Origin: Eledone cirrhosa
Taxonomy: Eukaryota
Assembly: GCA_964016885.1 (NCBI GenBank)
Contig: OZ024758.1
Location: 3,224,001-3,288,000 of the forward strand
Direction: 5' to 3'
Length of the DNA stretch: 64,000 bases
Shown here: one piece after another, positions 55,467 through 64,000 of the stretch
Numbering within the stretch: the stretch's first letter is position 1
How the letters are laid out: the number at the start of each line of letters is the position of its first letter
The notes under the pieces: generated by a model
What the model was told of the DNA's origin: nothing
Databases searched by the model: none
Seen by the model: only the letters and a program-made list of their open reading frames with translations
Translations under genes and position numbers: made by a program

Positions 55467-57801
55467 TATATATATATATACATATATATACATACATTAT
55501 AGTATTGATGCTCTGAAATAGCGATGTATACATGAATGTATGTACAGTATATCTGGCAATGTACTGTATGTTAAAAACATTTTGAAGACCATTCGTTATA
55601 AATTTTAAAGTACTGACTATGTCACTTATCTTCGGCAAATAACTGATAGTGATCGACAGACAACTGTTTCTCGCTTGTGAGCGTTTAATCAAGACCACAC
55701 ACTCTGCTGCTTTTGCCGATAATTATAGAAGCTGGATTGTTATACAATTCCAGTAATAATCAGATATCTGAACGTTCTTATTGGAAGTATCTTGTTTTAT
55801 CATATCCAGTCCCCTTGCATATACACACATTCTGATATATATATATATATATAGTGTATTTTGTCTCTGAGAGGACTGCTGGATTTTCGAATCTACCAGT
55901 CTCTTTTTAGCGCTGAAGGAGACCATCACTAATCTATTAATGTCGATGTAATGTTTATATCGATATTATTTGGGCAACCACTGATGAGTTTATAAGAGCC
56001 CGCTTGTGTATAAAACTATGGATTATATACAAATTTCTACATAACCTGGACATTATTTATCGCAAATTGTAGAAATCTTATAACGAAACGATCGTCTGGA
56101 AGGAAAGAGATATTTATTTAATTATGTCTCATAAAATAATAAAACCAGCTATCCAAGAAATACTGATTAGTTAGCCCCCCAAACACTAATGTTTGTTGAG
56201 TGAGATGGAGTTGGTCAGAGTATCGCTTAAGGCTTTCTCTGTTAATGTATTAAATATATATAAACATGTGTGTATGTATGTATGTACGTATATATATATG
56301 TGTGTGTGTGTATGTGTATGAGTGTGAGTGTGAGTGTGAGTGTGAGTGTGAGTGTGTGTATTTATATATATGTATGTATGTGTACGTGCATTTGTGTATA
56401 GGTGCATGTGTGTGTATATAGATGTATGTGTAGGCGTTTGTGTGTGTATATAGTTGTATGCGTAGGTGTATGTGTGTGCATATAGATGTATGTGTATGTG
56501 TATATATAGATGTATGTGTAGGTGTATGTGTACATATAGATGTATGTGTAGGTGTATGTGTGCATATAGATGTATGTGTAGGTGTATGTGTGCATATCGA
56601 TGTACGCGTAGGTGTATGCGGGTGTATAGAGATATATGTGTAGGTGTATGTGTTTGTGTTTGTATATATATATATAATAGATAAACACTTGCATAGAATA
56701 ATAAATACCTAAAGTATAATATGGGCGATTATATATTGCGGTCAAATTTCGTTAGAACTATTTGTAGGCATGGTTTCAATTGCCTGGATTATCCTGTTTG
56801 CTAGATGGCTTATATTATTTTGATTAACACAATATAGTGGAACAAATTCATCGTTACATAAACGACTGAGAAATAAAAAAAAAAAAAGAAAATGAAAAAT
56901 AGTTTTGTTCAACTCTTCATATTTCCATTTATATTGTCTATATTATATTTTTTTGAAATGATCTACCCGCATATTTAATGTAACTGACACTACAATAAAT
57001 GGAGAGTAGATTACTGGAAAATAAAACATTGAAGCCACCAAAAACATTCTCTATTCCAGATTCTAAACGAGAAGCCATTTAGATAACGATTCAGTTTTTT
57101 TAATCGTTTCTAGACAGCATATATTTAAACAGGAAGCATTAACCAGAGTTAACTTGGAGATTCACTATTAGCGTCATATTGTATTGAAAAGAATATTTTT
57201 TTGCAGTTACCTTTGAATACACTCACATTATTTTTAATATTATCCGAAAATCGTTATTGATTTAGTTGTTAGGGCAATATATTTTGATCAATCATATTTG
57301 GATACAATTAGAGGATTATTTGTGGTGCTTTTAATCTGTGCCGTTACAACTCAGCTCTTCAACATAGAACTAATCAGGTTGAATTAACGTCCATTCAAAA
57401 TAGCCTGCCTACTCTGCCGAATAATAATTTTCCGAAAGACTGACTTCGAATATAAAGTTAAATATTTCACGTAATTTTTTTGAATATTTCTTAGCATGCG
57501 AAAAAATATTTATTATTTTCAATTTGATATTTAAAATTCTCGCATATGAATTTTTGTTAAATTCTAAATCAGTTTTCTAGTCTTTTATATTTCTCTCTAA
57601 ATGCTGTTGGTTTTAAGCTTTAAAAAAATTGTCTTTGTAATACATATACTGGTTGTGAGTTTTATAAATATTTTTATAATTCTGGTAATAAGTCAAAATA
57701 TAAACCTGTTTCTCATGTTCCTATTAATTTATGCATGGGTGTGTATGCAAAACTAAAATCGAAGAAGAAACACACAAGCCCATGAACAAACACACACCCA
57801 C

Positions 57802-58030
<229 letters not shown>

Positions 58031-58278
58031 AAGGGTGTCGGGTGACTAAGATACTCCCATGAAATGATAAATGAGGTTTCTTTTTTAAAATAGTCCCTGG
58101 ACAAACAATGCAGTTATTAATAAGGAAAGTTGGAATTCATGTCTGCAAGATTTCAGAGCAAACCATAATCGTCAGTGGAACCTGGTGCATCTAAATTGCG
58201 ACTGGGCCTTTTTGCAGTAAATTTATTTTCTTGGGTATATACATGTGTTCGATATGTATGTTACGTTCTGTATATGAA

Positions 58279-58395
58279 GGCACGTGGCTTAGTGGTTAAA
58301 GCATTGGTCTTGCAATCAAAAGGTTGTGAGTTCAATTCTCGGACCGAGTGATGCAAGACACTTTATTTCACGTTGCTCCAGTTTACTCAGCTGTG
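58279..58395 (+). mobile_element. SINE-2 5' part
   Basis: GGCACGTGGCTTAGTGGTTA...GAGTTCAATTCTC...CAAGACACTTTATTTCACGTTGCTCCAG. Confidence 0.8.
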
Positions 58396-58683
58396 ATGAT
58401 AGGACTGGGTTCTCTATCATTAAATCACCCAAGACACCTCCAACGAGAATTACCTTGGAGGAGGCCAGCTAAACCTGCATAGGTGTGAGCTGTCACACAC
58501 AATATATATGGTGTTTCCGATAAAAATACTGGATCACGTTATTTTTCTGGGATTGCGATCTCAATTTGCATTCAATCAAAATTATTGTGGATATGCGCCA
58601 AAATATGAAATCTCTACAGCTTGATCAACTTAAATTGTCTCAAATCATTGCAAACACTTGTTAAAAGAAATGAGACTTTATAT

Positions 58684-59011
58684 AAGGGGTATGCAACATA
58701 TTCCATTGGCGGGCAACATTGGAACAACTATTAGGGCCAGTCACTGTCAAAAATCGAGTAATCTAATGCAAACCAGTGAATTGAGTCTTAACTACATTGT
58801 GAATAAATTCTTAAACTATAAAGCCAAATAAAATATAATTTAGTTTTATGAATATGACACTTGGTATAGGTCAACTTAACAGAAGTATTACGGTTACGAA
58901 AAAATGCTAAATAAGCCTACAATGTAAACATGATAAAGGCTCGTCACGGACCACTCTGACTGGTCTGGCGGGCCGGATTGTGGGCCCCGGACCGCCTGTT
59001 GCACGCCTCTG
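58684..59011. mobile_element. Non-autonomous hAT (Charlie-like) MITE
   Basis: TIRs AAGGGGTATGCAAC / GTTGCACGCCTCTG, GGCGGGCCGG subterminal motifs, 8-bp TSD CTTTATAT/CTTTAGAT. Confidence 0.7.
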
Positions 59012-59636
59012 CTTTAGATACTACAGTCAAATATATAAAAATAGAAGATTAATAACCTGAATTGTTATCATTATTTTATTAAATATGGTTGCATAATCAG
59101 GTCTTATCTGTGGGTAACTTACAATAATAAAAACGAACATTAGGATGTAACGGGTGTACCATACTTTATATGCTAAGCATACTATAGCATATCTAGCTGA
59201 AAGAAGATATATTATGAAGGAAGGGTCGAAATATAGGTAAATTGTTTTCCCAATATCTGTAATGTAATTTTCACATATATTTAGATAAAAACGATTGCAT
59301 TAACATCATGTAGATAAAGATGATCTCTAATGGATTACCTGACTTTTCTAATGTGCCTGATACGCAGAAGAACTTTAGAGGATTCCGATTCTGATTAAAC
59401 TTGAAAAAAAAAAAAAAAGATCTATATTACCCAAAATTGCAGCTTTTTGTGTTACATATATAAAGTTTACAAAAACCTGCAATGTTTATTGTCTCTATAT
59501 ATATACTCTTCACATACACCCGCCTCAAACGTGGAGCACAACCCAACGAGTGGTGGACACAGCAACAGCATCGCGGGTTTTGACCAGTGGAGCCACTAAT
59601 AACTACATGTTATTCACCTAATAACACACACACACA

Positions 59637-59688
<52 letters not shown>

Positions 59689-59877
59689 GTATATATATGC
59701 ATGTATGTATGTATGTATGTGTGTGTGTGGGGGGGGGGTGCATGTGGTGGAAGAATGACACATAGAATGCTTTTTGCGATAATTGTTCCGGATCTCTCTT
59801 CGCTAAGTTAAAACACCCTTCATTTGCTTATCATTGCTTCGAAGATGTTAAAATCATTCAGACCTAGTAATAGGGCA

Positions 59878-60014
59878 AAGCAACCAAATACATATGGCCT
59901 TACGTATACCACAACTATAAATACAAACAGGCCGAAGACTAAACTGCTAGACCTCGACTCGTTTCTATTTATCTTTGTTGTGGTATAGATATAGCCATAT
60001 GTATTTGGTCGCTT
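59878..60014. repeat. ~135-bp imperfect palindrome (MITE-like)
   Basis: AAGCAACCAAATACATATGGC ... GCCATATGTATTTGGTCGCTT. Confidence 0.7.
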
Positions 60015-60697
60015 TTAAAATATGACATTTTAACTTTTTCTTCACTCTGCACTATTGAGCGCTTTGTGACTACCGAAATCAATTCGGCTACAACTTCGAT
60101 GTATACATATAACTATTATTATTATTATTATAAGCACTGTTTCTTACATATATATATTTTCATATATATTTATATATACTAGAAATTGATTGACATATAT
60201 ATATATAAATAAAATAAACCTGAAACAATCACAAGGAATAATTTGTAAAGTGTGTAAGCAGACATAGCTAGGTAGGTAACTAATTAAAGTTGTCACATCC
60301 CCAAACCAAATGCACAGCACTTGGTTTCAATCATTAAGTAACCTTTCGTTCATTAACTTGTGAAATGGTAGTTTGCTATCATTTCAAAATAGTTTATTTA
60401 ATAATTAATTACATTTACTTAAGTCCAATAAGCATGCATGGGATTTTATGATTTGTAAACGATACAATCGTTATCCAATTAGCAGATTACTGTTCCGTTT
60501 GCTCTTTCGAAGATGCTAAATGTAAAGACATTTGTCAGAAATGATGTACTTCTGATACTTGGTAAACTAAGATATAACATTCAGACTTTCGATAGAATGG
60601 TAGAAGTGTTTAAACCTCTGTCTTGCAGTTCTTTAAGCAAGTGTCATCTCATTGTAAAGTTCTAATAAAATATTAAAATGGAATTTAATCGACTTAC

Positions 60698-60830
60698 TAC
60701 AGGAAAAATCCCGTTATAACGAATATCATTATAACGATTTCAGTATAATAATGTTTTTTCAATCCCGAGGTAAGAACTAAAAATCGCTCGATTTGTTTCG
60801 GTCCATTTCTTTCATAAAGTATTTGTTTCA
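60698..60830. mobile_element. pogo/Tigger-like terminal remnant
   Basis: TA-CAGG..CCCGTTATAACGA..TTATAACGA terminal pattern. Confidence 0.4.
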
Positions 60831-60835
60831 ACGAA

Positions 60836-60910
60836 GACCATAAGGGCCGTAACTCTTTGCTGCAAAGCATCACGTCCGACCCTCTGCCGATACTGCCAAC
60901 CCACCGCCCT
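60836..60910 (-). mobile_element. SINE-1 head fragment
   Basis: Reverse complement of GGGCGGTGGGTTGGCAGTATCGG. Confidence 0.8.
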
Positions 60911-62458
60911 TTCACTATATAATTTCTCACAGACAAGAGACTACAGCTGATAATCCTGAACAAAGAAGTTTAGTGATTGCGTATGCGTGATGGATGTGCT
61001 TATATATATTTTAGTCATGTGATTCTTGTGAAGCGCAGTGAGAGAAACTATACTCAGCTTCGAACGACGTTGAATTTGATGGATATAAATTGACGAGAAA
61101 TATCAAGGCCTATAACATTTCGATGATGTTCACATCGGGATTAGCTTATGTGTGTTGTAAGTCTTATATATGATTTCACCTACCTACCAAGTATACTACT
61201 ACATATATAATATTGATGTATTCTTGATATTGATTACATCTTTAGAGTGTTTATATATACTATTTTATCAACAACAGCTTCGATCGGTTTCATCTTCAAT
61301 GTTCAATAAGTGTCTTATTCCTGGATATGTAGCTGGACACATAGGTGATTAAGAAATCAATTTATTTACAATCTAGAAGTTTTATAAATAAACCGATGTT
61401 AATAATGGTCACCAGCATATAAACATAGTTTGAATTCAGCTTGGGATTATGTACAGAGCTGGACATAAGATAGTTGATAACATCGGATTTGGAAGCAATC
61501 GGAATTATTGGAGATATAGTATATATATATAGTCTAACAGTGCGGTTATTACTCTAGAAAATGATATTATTACAACAAGCCATTTCTGACAGGTTAGACA
61601 CTTAATGTACTGTTTATAGTTCTACCTAGAGAATTAAAGTCGTAAGAGATATTAAAAGTCTTCATTCTGGCACTGAAACTTCATGATGATATCTGTTAGG
61701 TGATAGATTAACATTTATGTTACTAATCATACAGCAGCTGTGGGAATTTTATCGACTTCTTTCATGTGTTTAAAATGAATGATGATCGATTTCATCGACT
61801 TTAAAACGACAATACTGTCTACCTTATCAGCACTGTGGTATAAAAGGTGAATTCCACGCCGGCAAAATTTGTTCTTAAACGAGATAATTTCAGATATTTT
61901 TTGCCGTATGATAACGTTAGCCCAATATTTTATGCCGGATATTTTATCACAAATTAAAATCTTACAAAGAAATGTATTTACAAAAACAACCCATTACCCA
62001 CTATAAATAGAGTATGCTCTTCTTTAATACAGGCTAAATAAGCTGAGATCTATGTGAAGAGACGCACACGCAATTCAAAATTCCGGTCACAAACATTTTA
62101 TGGCTGCATCAAAATAATTCATGTAGTTAATATACAGATATATAATATAAACAAAAATGACCAATTGAAATGTCAATTTAAGTAAGTTCTCCATTATCAC
62201 ATCGTATACAGACCTGCCAACATCTAAAAACTCAAAAGGGAGATCGCGAAGTAGCAGAGGAATAGTTGACACGTCGTCATATATATCATTACTCATATTC
62301 TGAATTTCTCTGAGCTGTTTTTAACATGGCATTTTACTATAAGCATGTTTGTTAGAATTTATTAAAAAGAAGGATTTTTTTAAAACAAACAATACTATAG
62401 TAAGAACTAACTCTACTAAATGCCCGAGGGAATTTCATATAAAGTAACATTATTATCA

Positions 62459-62646
62459 GGATGGATTGGCAGTATCGGTAGAGGGTCGGACGCCATGCTT
62501 TCCAGCATAGTTACGTCCCTTTACCATCTGAGTTCAAATCCCGCCGAGGTTGACTTTGCCTTTCATCCTTACGGGGTCGATAAAATAAAGTACCAGTAAT
62601 GCACTGGTAATTGCTGGCCTTGTGCCTAAAGTAGAAACAATTATTA
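62459..62646 (+). mobile_element. Near-complete SINE-1 copy
   Basis: A box, B box GAGTTCAAATCCC, Meta-like core, ATTATTAT tail. Confidence 0.9.
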
Positions 62647-63175
62647 TCAGGAATATAGTATATAAATTAGGGTGGTGTCATTCTCTTTAGAATATGTACA
62701 ATTTAAAATTAACTGAAAATCTGATGCAATACGTTAGAGTTATCAGTCAAGAATAAAGTAAAGTAACAAATAAATTTCATGAGATTGTGAACAATATTTG
62801 ACACGCACACACACACACACACACATTATATATATATATATATATATAATGATATATCTGATATATTCTGATATTAACTGCAATATAAGGATCATTTGAA
62901 ATAAACGGGAAATTTATGTTTGAAATCCTAGAGGAAATATCTGATATATGTGCAAACCTTGAACATTTTGCTACCAGAAAATATAACAAGAAAAACATAT
63001 ATCAATACTGTACATTAATATGATTAAATGCGTACATCAACTTTCATGTAATATTTGAATACATGCATTGTACAGAGCAGTCATTAATTCGTATATACTG
63101 CTATACATATTATTGGTATTTTCCTTCAACCTGCAATATAGGGTAATAGCATATATTATATATATATATATAAAT

Positions 63176-63234
<59 letters not shown>

Positions 63235-63555
63235 CACACTCACACATACATATATTATTTTAAAACTATATATATATATATATACATACATACATACATT
63301 ATTTTAAAACTATATACATATATATACATACATACATACATTATTTTAAAACTATATACATATATATACATACATACATACTTTTAAAAATATATACATA
63401 TATATACATACATACATACAAATATATACATACATATATACATGCAAATATATACATAGATGTATATATGTATATGCTTTCAAAATAATAATATATATAC
63501 ACACACACACAAACAAATTTATACATATATATGTATATACTTTTAAAATAATAAT

Positions 63556-63592
<37 letters not shown>

Positions 63593-64000
63593 TATGGTTG
63601 TATGTGTATGGTGGGATGAGTGCTGGTGTGTGAGTTTATGCACGAGGTCTTGTGTATATATTAGAAATGAGAACACTTGTTTAATCACCATTATCTCATA
63701 AAATATACAACCATGTAATTTCAATTCAGTTTTGATCTTCGTTACAGCAACATTAATTTTTATTTCATATTAAAATGTTAATAACAAAGCGTTGATTAGG
63801 AGATATCGATTTCTAGATGTATCGTCATGCCGATGACATATCTATATGCAGCCACATGATTATACTGCTCATTTAATCGTGTGCTGTTGATTCATACAGG
63901 CGGAGGACAAACCATAACTTAATATAAAATAATTATAAGTTTGTTTTGATTGCTCAACGTAATTTTGTTTCTCTGATGAACGGGTTTGGTTAAAATCATG

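Noticed and set aside
55981-56030. CTGATGAG core match (also 29331 and 63974)
   Set aside because: No downstream GAAA or stems; expected by chance.
58279-58350. tRNA-like sequence
   Set aside because: It is a SINE head running into the SINE body, with no full cloverleaf.

Overview
Very AT-rich, microsatellite-dense eukaryotic non-coding DNA. The SINE types and microsatellite load suggest a cephalopod/Octopus-like genome (inference). I find no intact host protein-coding gene, and nearly all listed ORFs are microsatellite artefacts. Recognisable content: (1) the 3' part of a Penelope-like retroelement (RT C-terminus, Cys-rich linker, GIY-YIG endonuclease, one in-frame stop) followed by a pseudo-LTR with CCAAT/TATA boxes and a minimal hammerhead ribozyme (HHR); (2) many short, mutually different elements inserted in (TA)n tracts that carry complete, degenerate or half type-I HHR motifs, often with twin-priming-like 5' inversions that create fold-back hairpins; (3) two tRNA-derived SINE families, RTE-LINE fragments, hAT/pogo/piggyBac remnants and minisatellites; (4) one strong YnCAG|GTAAGT site that may be a recursive splice site. 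All ribozyme calls come from manual folding and are untested. Element boundaries are approximate.
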